A stretch of 64,000 bases of DNA from Malacoraja senta (lineage: Eukaryota). The stretch lies in the NCBI GenBank assembly GCA_038087875.1, contig JAXLNO010000575.1, forward strand, positions 124,001-188,000, given 5' to 3'. The notes under the pieces were generated by a model. It was not told the DNA's origin, did not search any database, and was given only the letters and a program-made list of their open reading frames with translations. Numbering within the stretch: position 1 is the first letter of the stretch; each line of letters opens with the position of its first letter. Shown here in pieces: positions 24,548 through 36,789 of the stretch. The translations under genes were made by a program, and so were the position numbers.

Positions 24548-25090
24548 TGAAGGTAGACACAAAATGCTGGAGTAACTCAGCGGGTCAGGCAGCATCTCTG
24601 GAGAGCAGGAATGGGTAATGTTTTGGGTCCAGACCCTTCTTCAGACTGAGCGTCAGGGTAGAGGGAGAGATAGAGATAAGCAAGGGTAAGGTGTGAAAAC
24701 GAGAGGTCAAAGGAGAAAAATATCAAGGAAATTGTAGAATAGATCATTGTTAGCTTGGGGAAGGTATCAACGGAGCAGACAGAGTTAACATTTAATCAGG
24801 AGGACAGTCAGACTGGTGGGAGAACTAGGGTGGGGGAGGGATGGAGAGAGAGGGAAAGCACGGGTTACTTGGTTAGAGAAGTCAATGTTCATACCGCGGG
24901 GGTGTAAGCTGCCCAAGTGAAATATGAGGTGCTGTTCCTCCAATTTGTGCTGGGCCTCACTCTGACAATGGAGGAGGCCCAGGACAGATAGGTCAGTGTG
25001 GGAATGGGAGGGGGGATTAAAGTGTTTGGCAACCGGGAGATCAGGCAGGCTGAGCGAAGGTTTTCAATGAAACGATCGCCCGGTCTATGT
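24548..25090 (-). mobile_element. Penelope-like element 3' fragment
   Basis: Homologous to 44570-44998 (KLEEQHLIFHLG-type C-terminus and terminal repeat). Confidence 0.75.
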
Positions 25091-25216
25091 TTGGTCAATA
25101 TGGGAGTCCCATTGATGGGTGCCGTGTAATACGACACACTGGGTGGCAGTGTGGAGCCAGGGACAAGGAGGCTGGATCCAGTCACTGTGTGAAAAGTCAA
25201 GTATTTTATTGTCATA

Positions 25217-25677
25217 CTAGACTCAGTGGGACCCGTTGGGTCCTAGTCACATGGAAGGCCTGGTCCCCCCAACGCAACCCTTTCCCCAACGTAATATTCC
25301 ACCATTCACCTGATCCCCCAATGCAACTCGTTCCCCCAAAGTAATGATCCACCACTCTGGGGAGGGGGTGTGGTTGAGGGGGTGTGTGGGAGGGGGTGTG
25401 GGGGAGGGAGCTGATGTGGGGAGGGGGTGTGGGTGATGCGGTGTGGGGAGGGGAGGTGGGGTGGGGAGGGGGCTGTGGGGGAGGGGGGTGTGGGGGATGG
25501 GGAACCTTGAAAACTTTCATAAATTTTGTACTATTTCACCAATGGAACAAAATTTATTTTGCAGAGGAGAATGGTGAGTAAGGTGGCGAAAAATCGTAGC
25601 GCTACGGGGGATTGTTTTACGCGAATATAATTACAACGCAGACAGGAAGTGGTCAAGATGAGAGTTTTAGTAATATA
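25217..25677 (-). mobile_element. Short non-autonomous Helitron
   Basis: On the minus strand it starts TATATTACTAAAACTCTCATCTTGACCACTTCCTGTCTGC (matching the 5' end at 27925) and ends with the hairpin GGACCCAACGGGTCC, CACTGAGT and CTAG|T. Confidence 0.75.
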
Positions 25678-26862
25678 CTAGACTAAGTGGGACCCGTTGG
25701 GTCCTATGTTCACACGGGAGGGCTGGTCCCCCAAAACAATATTCAACCTCTCCACCAATTCCAATTGGGGAGGGGGGAGGGGGGTGCTTTCTGGAGTACT
25801 AATATGGGTTGTGGACCGAAGGGACTGGTTTCCAGAGGGCTAGTAAGGACACTGTGGGCCGAATGGATCCTTGGGCTGGCAGCTCAGTCACTCAGGCCTG
25901 GTGGGCTGGCTGTTGAGTCACTCAAGCCTGGTAGGCTGGCAGCTCAGTCACTCAGGCCTGGTGGGTTGGCAGCTCAGAAACTGCTAGAAATTCTGCCCAA
26001 AACAGGTGAGAGACTATGTGAGAGAGAGAAGGGGGAGAGGGTGGAGAATCAATTTTGGCCATTTTTCATCTTTTTCTGCAGATCACAGCAATGAAGGAGA
26101 AAAGTCTATCCTGGCCTGGATCTCACAGGGAGCCAATGAAGGGAGGGAGAAAAATACTGGAGTGAGGTTTAATACTTGCAGGGGGAATACTTAGTGATGG
26201 GCCGAAGGGACACCTGAGCTAGTACAGGCCTGATGGGCTGAAGGGGCTCTTTTAAAAAAAAATCTGAGTGAAATCTTAGTGAAAGGCACTTTTTCTGGAT
26301 TTTTCCTGGCCTGGCACGGGCCTTTTAGGCCAAAATGCTCCTCCTGGGCTAAAACGGGCATTTTGGGCAAAAGGGACTGGTTTCTCTGCTGATAGGTGCC
26401 ATGTGGCATGAAATTAGTGGTTTCATGTAGGCCAAACAACTCATTTCATTTCATTTCCATTTCAATTTCAAGCACAGGGCAGGCGGAACAGCTCATTGCA
26501 TTTTTATTTCATTTCCATTTCCATTGCAGTTTCAAGCACAAGGCAGGCCAAACAGCTGAATACATTTTCATTTCACTTCCTTTACCATTGCAGTTTCAAG
26601 CACAGGGCAGGCCAAACAGCTGATTACATTTTCATTTCACTTCCATTACCATTGCAGTTTCAAGCACAGGGCAGGCCAAACAGCTGATTGCATTTTCATT
26701 TCACTTCCATTGCCATTGCAGTTTCGAGCACAGGGCAGGCCGAAGAGCTCATTGCATTTTCATTTCCCTTCCATTGCCATTGCAGTTTCAAGCACACCGC
26801 AGGCCGAAGAGCTCATTGCATTTTCATTTCACTTCCATTGCCATTGCAGTTTCAAGCACAGG
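25678..26862 (-). mobile_element. Non-autonomous Helitron, 5'-truncated, with internal ~57-bp satellite
   Basis: 3' hairpin plus CTAG at 25678-25681. Body homologous to 28510-28870 and 30350-30661. Confidence 0.75.
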
Positions 26863-27007
26863 GCTCGGGATTCTTAGAAATTCTAATCTGTCCTTTACAC
26901 ACCTTGCCCTTCGATATCTCTAGACTCCTTCTCCCCTGACTCTCAGTCTGAAGAAGGGTCTCAACCCAAAACGTCATCCATTCCTTCTCTCCAGAGATGC
27001 TGCCTGT

Positions 27008-27622
27008 CAATAGACAATAGACAATAGGTGCAGGAGTAGGCCATTCGGCCATTCGAGCCTGCACCGCCATTCAATGCGATCATGGCTGTTCATTTCCAAT
27101 CAGTACCCCTTTCCTGCCTTCTCCCCATATCCCCTGACTCCGCTATCTTTAAGAGCCCTATCTAGCTCTCTCTTGAAGGTATCCAGAGAACCTGCCTCCA
27201 TCACCATCTGAGGCAGAGAATTCCACAGACTCACAACTCTCTGTGTGAAAAAGTGTTTCCTCGTCTCCGTTCTAAATGGCTTATCCCTTATTCTTAAACT
27301 GTGGCCCCTGGTTCTGGGCTCCCCCAACATCGGGAACATGTTTCCTGCCTCTTGTGTGTCCAAACCCTTTATAATCTTATATGTTTCAATAAGATCCCCT
27401 CTCATCCTACTAAACTCCAGAGTATACAAGCCCAGCCGCTTCATTCTCTCAGCATATGACAATCTAGCCATCCCGGGAATTAACCTTGTAAACCTACGCT
27501 GCACTCCCTCAATAGCAAGAATGTCCTTCCTCAAATTTCGAGACCAAAATTGCACACAATACTCCAGGTGTGGTCTCACTAGGGTCCTGTACAACTGCAG
27601 AAGGACCTCTTTGCTCCTATAC
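27008..27622 (-). mobile_element. CR1 LINE 3' fragment
   Basis: RPHLEYCVQFWS...RMRGDLIETYKI...QRVVSLWNSLP with a (TTGTCTA)n tail. Confidence 0.9.
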
Positions 27623-27924
27623 TTGTGTCCCATTGAGTAACTCCACAATCTTATGTCTATTCTTACTTTTCAGCAGCACAAGAGGTTTGTAAACACAATA
27701 CTCAAGAGGACTTAATAAACAAAACAAAAGTTCAACAAATAAAACACGTGTACACATGGAAAGGACAGGTTTAGATGGGTTTGGGCCAAGCGCAGGCCGG
27801 TGGGACTAGTGTAGATGGGAGACGTTGGCCGGTGTGGGCAAGTTGAGCCGAAGGGCATTTCCACGCTGTATCTCTCTATGACAAACAAAAATCAATATCA
27901 CACAAAACTTTATAAAATATATAA

Positions 27925-30661
27925 TCTATATAACTAAAAGTCTCATCTAAACCACTTCCTGTCTGCACTGTATATTGATTTTAGAAACAGAGGGCAGTGG
28001 AGGCCAAATCACTGGATGGATTTAAGAGAGAGTTAGATAGAGCTCTAGGGGCTAGTGGAGTCAAGGGATTTGGGGAGAAGGCAGGCACGGGTTGCTGGCT
28101 CGAAGGGCCGAATGGCCTCCTCCTGCACCTATTTTCTATGTTTCTATGTTACTATGTTTCTATGTTTCTATGCAACAACGCTACCCTTTATCACCGTGAT
28201 CTTTGGCCATCTTACTCACAGTCCACTTTTTCATCGAGGATTTTTTCCATCGATGAAAAATAAAAAAGTTATGAATGTTTTAAAAATATTGAAATCAGCT
28301 GATTGGTCCTCTCGCCTGTCAATCATCATGATGAAGGTAACGCCCCTTCTGGGGGGGGGGCGCAGGACTATAATCCTAAGATGTCTGGACGTCATTCAGT
28401 CTCTTTGGAAGATCGCGAGGAAGAGGCCACGACTGTCATTCTAAGCTGTGAATCAACTGAAATGTGAGTCTGCAATGTACTTGCAATAAATGATTTGTTA
28501 GCCCTTAATGACAATGTTTGGCCTGCTGCCCTACCTGTGCTTGAAACTGCAATGCTTAATTGGAAATGAAATGAAATGAAATGAAATGACAATGCCCTGA
28601 GTTGTTTGGCCTGCTGCCCTGGCTGTGTTGGAAACTGCAATGGTTAATTGGAAATGAAATGAAAATGCCATGAGTTGTTTGGCCTGTTGCCCTGGCTGTG
28701 CTTGAAACTGCAATGCTTAATTGGAAATGATATGAAATGACAATGCCATGAGTTGTTTGGCCTGCCGCCCTGGCTGTGCTTGAAACTGCAATGCTTAATT
28801 GGAAATGAAAGGAAATGACAATGCCATGTGTTGTTTGGCCTGCTGCCCTGCCTGTGCTTGAAACTGCAATGCTTTGTTAGGTCTGACTGTGTTTGGAAGG
28901 AATAAATGGTTTATTAGGTCCGAATGTGTTTAGCCCAAAGGTCCCGCTCATTCTGTGACTTCCGCTTAGTGGACAGGTCGCGCTGATTGCGTAATTCCTG
29001 GTAAGTTCCGTTGACTGCGGAAGCCCCACAGTGGAGAAGCCACGCTCAGCCGTGTGAGTAGTTTCAAGAAAGTTTGCTGTCATATATATGGTGTGTGTGT
29101 GTGTGAGTGTGTGTGTGAGAGTGTGTGTGAGAGTGTGAGAGAGTGAGTGTGTGAGTGTGTGAGTGTGTGCGAGTGTGCGCGAATGTGCTGGCCTGCACTC
29201 TGCTTGAAATGCTGTGAGATTGGATTTGCTGGCCTGCACTCTGCTTGAAGCGCTGCGAGGTTGTATTTGCTGGCCTGCACTCCGCTTGAAGCGCTGTGAG
29301 GTTGGATTTGCTGGCCTGCACTCTGTTTGAAGCGCGGTGAGATCGGATTTGCTGGCCTGCACTCCGCTTGAATCATGGTGAGATTGGATTTGCTAGCCTG
29401 CACTCCGCTTGAAGCGTGGTGAGATTGGATTTGCTGGCCTGCACTCCGCTTGAAGCGCAGTGAGATTGGATTTGCTGGCCTGCACTCCGCTTGAAGCGCT
29501 GTGAAATTGAATTTGATGGCCTGCAATGAATGATGACTTTTGTGGTTAATTCTCAGATTTTCTTGGTTAAAATTTGACCGCTCAATCTCTATATTAAAAT
29601 TGTCTCTTTTTTTATCAACAGCAAAGAGGCATCAAGAGGGAGTGAGCCGCAGAACACAACAAGAGACACAACAAGAAAGAACTCATCTTTAACATTTAAA
29701 TTGTTGTTATATTTTAAGAGTCATTCACATATTAAACTTTAATAAATCCTTTTTCCACTTGCCATGCCTGCGTGTTCTTCACCACAATGAGAACCTAATA
29801 GGCAGGAATGGCTGCGCTGTTGGAGAGCAACTAAAAGTGCATGGGGGGGAGGGGAGGTTGAGGGTAGATTGACTGAATGCGTTGGGGGGAGGGGAATGGC
29901 AAGGAGCAGAGTGGGGGGGGAAGGGAGGATGGGTGACTGAGAGAACTGCCACCACACCAGCCGTGAGTGACTGGAATGCCAGCCCACCAGCTATGAGTAA
30001 GTGAACTGCCAGCCCACCAGCCATAAGTCACTGAACTGCTATCCCACCAGCCCTGAGTAAGTGAACTGCCAGCCCACCAACTGTAAGTGACTGAAGTGCC
30101 AGCCCACCAGCCATGACTTAGTGAACTGCCAGCCCACCAGTCATGACTCACTGAACTGCAAGTCCAAGAATCCATTCAGTCCACAATGTCCATACTAGCC
30201 CTCTGGAAACAAGTCCCTTCAGCCCACAATACCCATACTAGTGCTCCAGAGATCCACACAAGGATAGACTTTCCCCCTTCATTGCTGTGATATATGTTTT
30301 AAAAGATGAAAATGTCAAAATTGATTCTCCATCCTCTCCCCCTTCTGTCTCACAGTCTGTTTTGGGCAGAATTTCTGGCAGTTTCTGAGCTGCCAGCCGG
30401 CCAGGCCTGAGTTACTGAGCTGCCAGCCTGCCAGGCCTGAGGGACTGACTTGCCAGCCCAAGAATCCATTCGGCCCACAATGTCCATACTAGCCCTCTGG
30501 AAACCAGTCCTTTTGGCCCACAACACCCATGCTAGCGCACTAAAAAGCCCCCCCCCCCCCACTGGCCAGCAATATTGGAATTGGTGGAGAGGTGGAATAT
30601 TGCGTTGGAGGAGCAGCCCTCCCATGTGAACATGGGACCCAACGGGTCCCACTTACTCTAG
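27925..30661 (+). mobile_element. Complete non-autonomous Helitron with internal tandem arrays and a nested CR1 3' piece (27988-28162)
   Basis: A|TCTATATAACTAAAA 5' end; 3' hairpin GGGACCC-AAC-GGGTCCC (30634-30650), 7-nt spacer and CTAG|T; no TSD. Arrays of ~61 bp (28510-28870), ~41 bp (29185-29525) and ~29 bp (29940-30160). Confidence 0.8.
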
Positions 30662-30678
30662 TATAATATGCAATGATT

Positions 30679-31088
30679 AGTATAGGAGTAAAGAGGTCCT
30701 TCTGCAGTTGTACAGGGCCCTGGTGAGACCACATCTGGAATATTGTGTGCAGTTTTGGTCTCCTAATTTGAGGAAGGACATCCTTGCTATTGAGGCAGTG
30801 CAGCGTAGGACCACCAGGTTAATCCCCGGGATGGCGGTACTGTCATATGAGGAAAGTTTGGAAAGACTGGGCTTGTATTCACTGGAATTTAGAAGGATGA
30901 GAGGGTATCTTATAAAAACGTATAACATTATAAAAGGAGTGGACACGCTAGATGCAGGAAACATGTTCCCAATGTTGGGGGAGTCCAGAACCAGGGGCCA
31001 CAGTCTAAGAATAGAGGGGTGGCCATTTAAAACTGAGATGAGAAAAAAAAAATGTCACCCAGAGAGTTGTGAATTTGTGGAATTCGCT
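30679..31088 (+). mobile_element. CR1 LINE fragment
   Basis: YRALVRPHLEYCVQFWSPNLRKDIL. Confidence 0.85.
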
Positions 31089-31229
31089 GCTACCATCGGG
31101 AAGCGCAGGCAGGTGGGACTAATGTAACTGGGACATGTTGGCCAGTGTGGCTGTGACCTCTGGTCCTAGACTCTCCCACTAGTGGAAACATCCTCTCCAC
31201 ATCCACTCTATCCAGGCCTTTCACTATTC

Positions 31230-31830
31230 AGTTTAGTTTAGTTTATCAGTTCAGTTTAAGTTCAGTTTATTGTCCCGTGTACCGAGGTTCATTGAAAAGC
31301 TTTTGTTGCATGCTAACCAGTCAGTGGAAAGACAATACATGATTACAATCGAGCCGTCCACAGTGTAGAGATACATGATTAGGGAATAATGTTTTGTGCA
31401 AGGTAAAGCCAGCAAAGTCCAATCAATGATAGTCCGAGGGTCACCAATGAGGTAGATGGGAGGTCAGGACCGCTCTCTAGTTGGTGAGAGGACGGTTCAG
31501 TTGCCTGATAACAGCCGGGAACAAACTGTCCCTGAATCTGCAGCTGTGCGTTTTCACACTTCTGTACCTCTTGCCCGATGGGAGAGGGGAGAAGAGGGAG
31601 TGACTGTGGGTGAGACTGGTCCTTGATTATGCTTCTGGCTTTGCCGAGGCAGCGTGAGGTGTAGATGGAGGTGATGGAAAGGAGGTTGGTTTGTGTGATG
31701 GTCTGGGCTGCTGGCCTTGCCGAGGCAGCGTGAGGTGTAGATGGAGGCGATGGAAGGGAGGTTGGTTTGTGTGATTTTCTTGGCTGCGTACACATTTCTC
31801 TGCAATTTCCTGCGGGCCTTGGATGGAGCT
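31230..31830 (-). mobile_element. Rex1/Babar 3' fragment with internal duplication
   Basis: ITQTNLPSI.SIYTSRCLGKA occurs twice; (CTAAA)-type tail. Confidence 0.75.
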
Positions 31831-33180
31831 GAGTTTCGGTGAGTTTCAATGAGGTCCCCCCTCTGCGAAAGAGGGCGAGGAGGAGAAATGTTGCAAGTTT
31901 TAAGACAAAAGAAGAACTTGGTGGGTGAGCTCAGGCAGAGGAGGAAGGAATATTATCAAATCCTGTGGTGATGAGTTCGATTCAGGTCGGGATTAGATTA
32001 TAGGTATTCAAAAATGGTGGAGAAATTCAGCGGGTGAGGCAACATCTTTGGAGAGAAGGAATTGGTGACGTTTCTGGTCAAGGCCCTTCTTCAGACTGAT
32101 GTGGGGGGCGGGAAAAAGAAAGGAAGTGGGCAGAGACAGTAGGCTTGTGGGAGAACTGGGAAGGGGGAGGGGAGGGGGAGAGGGATACTGAATGTGGATG
32201 ATCAGCCATGATCACATTGAATGGCAGTGCTGGCTCGAATGGCCGAATGGCCTACTCCTGTACCTATTGTCTATTGAAGGAGGGAGAAAGCAAGGGCGAT
32301 CTAAAATTAGAGGTCAACGTTCATACCGCTGGGGTGTAAACTGCCCAAGCGAAATATGAGATGCTGTTCCTCCAATTTGCGCTGGGCCTCACAGGACAGA
32401 TAGGTCAGATTGGGAATGGGACAGGGATGAGGTGTAGCGGGCGTAGAAAGACCGGAAGGCAAGACTGAGACAGGGCAAGGATGACTACAGGAGTGAAGAT
32501 GGAGCTGAATCTTCAGCAGAACCACATGAGGGATGTGTGGAGCGGGGTGAAGAGTGTCACAGGCTACAAGACCAGTGGCCTGGGACGAGAAAGCAATCGG
32601 GACTGGGCCAACAAGCTAAACCTGTTTTTTATATAGATTTGATGGTGGGGCCTATGCCCCCCCTCCTCCCCCCCCACCCCCCCCCCCTCCCCCCCAGACT
32701 CTCTCCATCAATCCCCCTTTAACACCGTGAAACCGCGGTAAGAAGAGGCCGATTCGGGAGCTCCATGCGATCCGAGTGTTGCGATCCGTCCCGACGCCGG
32801 AGTTTCGATCATCCCGACGAGAGGGGTCGAACATCGGACCGTCGGCAGCGGCAACTGCGGAGAGTTCGGCCCGGACCACGGGTGAACAAAGGAGGAAGAT
32901 GACTGAACTTTATTGCCTTCCATCACTGTGAGGAATGTGGATTCCACTGTGGTGGATGTTTGTGTTAAATCTTATTGTGTTCTTTTCACTTAGTATGGCT
33001 GTATGGTAACTCAAATTTCACTGTACCTTAATTGGTTAAGTGACAATAAACACAAACTCGATCCTGACTACGGGTGCCGTCTGTACGGAGTTTGCACGTT
33101 CTCTCCGTGACTGCATGGGTTTTCTTCCCACAGTCCAAAGATGTACAGATTTATATGGTTAATTGGCTTGGTATAACACC

Positions 33181-33406
33181 ACACACACACACACACAACC
33201 ACCCACACAACCACCCACCCCACCTCCCACCTCCCTCCCCACTCCCCACACCCCACCCCCACACAGACCACCACCCACCCCCCAACATACACCACCACAC
33301 ACCCACCACCACCCATCCCACACCCACACCCCCACACCCCCACACCCCCACACCCCCACACCCCCACACCCCCACACCCCCACACCCCCACACCCCCACA
33401 CACACC
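33181..33406. repeat. C/A-rich low-complexity tract ending in (CCCACACC)n
   Basis: Directly visible. Confidence 0.9.
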
Positions 33407-33701
33407 TTAAGTGGAGCCCAGAGAAGTAGCAATCAAACAGAAGCAGGGAGAAGAGCTTATTGGCTGAAACCCGTGGGAAAGGAGGTGTCAGAGGGAGAAA
33501 ACAGTTTTAAACTGAGGAATTTGAGTTGTAGGAATTTGAGTAGCTCTAGGGGAGCAAACCAGTGAGGGAAGTGCCTTGGGGGGGGGTGTGAGTGTTTGGC
33601 TCGGCTCGGCTCGGCTCGGGAGTCTTCAGTGTTGCGTAGAGGAGACTACGCAAAAAGCTGATGAGGACGGGACGTGGTGAACACATGACGGGTAAGATGA
33701 G

Positions 33702-34616
33702 TCAGTGAAGAAAGCGAATGGCATGTTGGCCTTTATAACAAGAGGAGTTAAGTATAGGAGCAAAGAGGCCCTTCTGCAGTTGTACAGAGCCCTAGTGAGA
33801 CCACGCCTGGAGTATTGTGTGCAGTTTTGGTCCCCTAATTTGAGGAAGGACATTCTTGCTATTGAACGAGTGCAGCGTAGGTTTACAAGGTAAATTCCCG
33901 GGATGGCGGGACTGTCATATGCTGGGAGAATGGAGCGGCTGGGCTTGTACACTCTGGAGTTTAGAAGGATGAGATGGGATCTTATTGAAACATATAAGAT
34001 TATTAAGGGTTTGGACACGCTAGAGGCAGGAAACATGTTCCCGATGTTGGGGAGTCCAGAACCAGGGGCCACAGTTTAAGAATAAGGGGTAAGCCATTTA
34101 GGTATCAGGTTGCCATCAGGTAGAAGGTACAGGAGCCTGAAATCTGGAACATCCAGGTTCAGGAACAGCTACTTCCCCACAGCCATCAGGCTATTAAACT
34201 CGCCATCAAATAAACTCTGAACTATAACAGCCTATTGCTCTTTATCTGTTTATTTATGTGTGTATATATGGTCTATGCTATATAGACACACTGAACTGAT
34301 CTGTATTGATGCTTACAATATTCTGTTGTGCTGCAGCAAGCAAGAATTTCATTGTCCTATCTGGGACACATGACAATAAACTCTCTTGACTTGACTTGAT
34401 TTAGAACGGAGAGTTGTGAGTCTGTGGAATTCTCTGCCTCAGGTGGAGGCAGGTTCTCTGGATGCTTTCAAGAGAGAGCTAGATAGGGCTCTTAAAGATA
34501 GCAGAGACAGGGGATATGGGGAGAAGGCAGGAACGGGGTACTGATTGGGGATGATCAGCCATGATCACATTGAATGGCGGTGCTGGCTCGAAGCGCCGAA
34601 TGGCCTACTCCTGCAT
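33702..34616 (+). mobile_element. CR1 3' fragment interrupted by a short Rex1 insertion (34102-34398) with ATTTAG duplication
   Basis: CR1 reads AAGCC-ATTTAG|Rex1...(CTTGA)n|ATTTAG-AACGGAG. Confidence 0.85.
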
Positions 34617-35075
34617 CAATTATCTATCACCACACCACACCCTTGACCAAACCTTTGGCTGGTGAATTCTTTCACAATCTCGTGTTGTTCTTTTGAATGA
34701 TAAATATTTCCTCCAACATTTGCTTTTTATTGAGTAACCGATAAGCAGGAAACTTGCTCTGTCAGTAACACATCCGTCACCAGCATCCGGCAGAGATAAC
34801 TTCACACTGAACTCCAAAACCACAGTCTAAAACTGAAAATACACTAATCTAATCCAGCACTTCCATTTTGAATTGGTAAGTGTAAGATATGCACTTATAA
34901 TTCAAAAACATTTTCTGTTTACAGTTTATAGTTCAGTTTATTGTCCCGTGTAGCGAGGTACAGTGAAAAGCTTTTGTTGCGTGCTAACCAGTCAGCGGAA
35001 AGACAATACATGATTACAATCGAGCCGTTTACAGTGTACAGATACAGGATAAGGGAATGATGTTCAGTGCAAGGT

Positions 35076-35484
35076 CATCATCATCAGTGGTCACACGAAA
35101 CGAGTCTGACTGTCCTCTCATGGAGGACGCCTGTGCATGACTTTGTTTAACGTGGGGAGACTGGTGCACAGACAGCCACCCCACGGTCCTTGACAGATCT
35201 GGGTCAGGATCCAGTGCCATGGAGTCCAAGACGACTGGAGACCCTTTTCTGCTGCAGCCTTAATCCGCCTTCCCAGCCGTTGTGACGCTCCACTAAGGTC
35301 AGCCATCGTCCTCCGCCTGTTCCACCGTTGAGGTCTTGGTTGGATTGGCTCTTTGTCAGAGACCTACCTCCCCCTCGACCTTACCACCATGGGTGGCCCT
35401 ACCAGGAGCATAGCTCCAGACGGCATCGCTCTCAGGATCTCAGGTCCACACAAGCTTCTCCACCACAACAAGGTGACGATCCAT
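35076..35484 (-). mobile_element. Short non-coding RTE-like retroelement with (GAT)n tail
   Basis: Inserted in a Rex1 fragment at GCAA-GGT-AAAG with GGT duplicated. The minus-strand 5' end resembles RTE/Expander 5' UTRs (recalled similarity) and the 3' end is TGATGATGATG. Confidence 0.5.
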
Positions 35485-35989
35485 GGTAAAGCCGGCAAAG
35501 TCCGATCAAGGATAGTCCGAGGATCTCCAATGGGGTAGATAGTAGTTCAGGACCGCTCTCAGGTTGTGGTAGGATGGTTCAGTTGCCTGATGACTGTTGG
35601 GAAGGAACTATATATAAATGATATAAGAAGTGTGACATACAGCAGGAAAAGAGGCCATTCGGCCCAACTTGCCCATGCTGTCCAGATTGCCCTTATTTGG
35701 CGCATTTACCTCGGAAACTTTTCTATCCATGTACCTGCCCAAGTGTCTTTCATTCTCTCCAGAGATGCCGCCTGTCCCACTGAGTTACTCCAGCTTTTTG
35801 TGTCTCTCTTCATGTGTCTTTTACATGTTATTACAGTAGCCACCTCAACTGCCTCCTCTGGCAGCTCGTTCCATGCACCCAAAGTTGCCCCTCAGGTTCC
35901 TATTAAATCTTTCCCCTCTCACCTTAAACCTGTGTCCACTGGTTCTTGATTCCTCTACTCTGGGTAAAATACCAGATAATTGTGGTCAA

Positions 35990-36692
35990 AGAACTATCAA
36001 TGTTTGGATGAGGGGATTGAAGGCGTTCAGGCCAAGTTTGTGGATGATACTTAGATAGGTGGAGGGGCAGGTAGTGTAGAGAAAGCAGGGATTCTGCAGA
36101 AGGACTTGGACAGGTTGGGAGAGAGGGCAGAGAAGTGGCAGATGGAATATAGTGTAGCAAAGTGTGGAGTCATGCATTTTGGTCGTAGGAATAAAGGCGT
36201 AGACTATTTTCTAAATGGGGAGAGGATTCAGATATCGGAGTTGCAAAGGGACTTGGGAGCTGGTGCAGGATTCCCAACACGTTAATCTGCTACTCGAATC
36301 GGTAGTAAGGAAGGAAAATGAAATGCTAGCATTTATTTTGAGAGGTCTAGAATATAAAAACAGGGATGTAATGCTGAGACTCTATAAGGCGATGGTCAGG
36401 CCGCATTTGGAATATTGTGAGCAATTCTGGGTCCCATATCTGAGGAAGGATGTGCTTTAGTCAGAGGGTGATGAATCTGTGGAATTCTTTCCCACAGACG
36501 GCTGTGGAGGCCAAGTCAATGGATATATTTAAGGCAGAGATAGATAGATTCTTGATTAGTACGGGTGTCAGGGTTTATGGGGAGAAAGCAGGAGAATGGG
36601 GTTAGGAGGGAGAGATAGATCAGCCATGCTTGAATGGCAGAGTAGACTTGATGGGCCGAATGGCCTAATTCTGTTCCTATAACATATGAACA
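35990..36692 (+). mobile_element. CR1 LINE fragments
   Basis: KFVDDT, WQMEYSVAKCGVMHFG and RPHLEYCEQFW, followed by the 3' UTR. Confidence 0.8.
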
Positions 36693-36789
36693 TGGAGTGG
36701 GGAGAAGAAGGAATGACCGGGGTGGGACAGGGACACGTCTTTGATGATGTCGGCTGCTTTCCCGAGGCAGCGTGAAGTGTAGATGGAGT

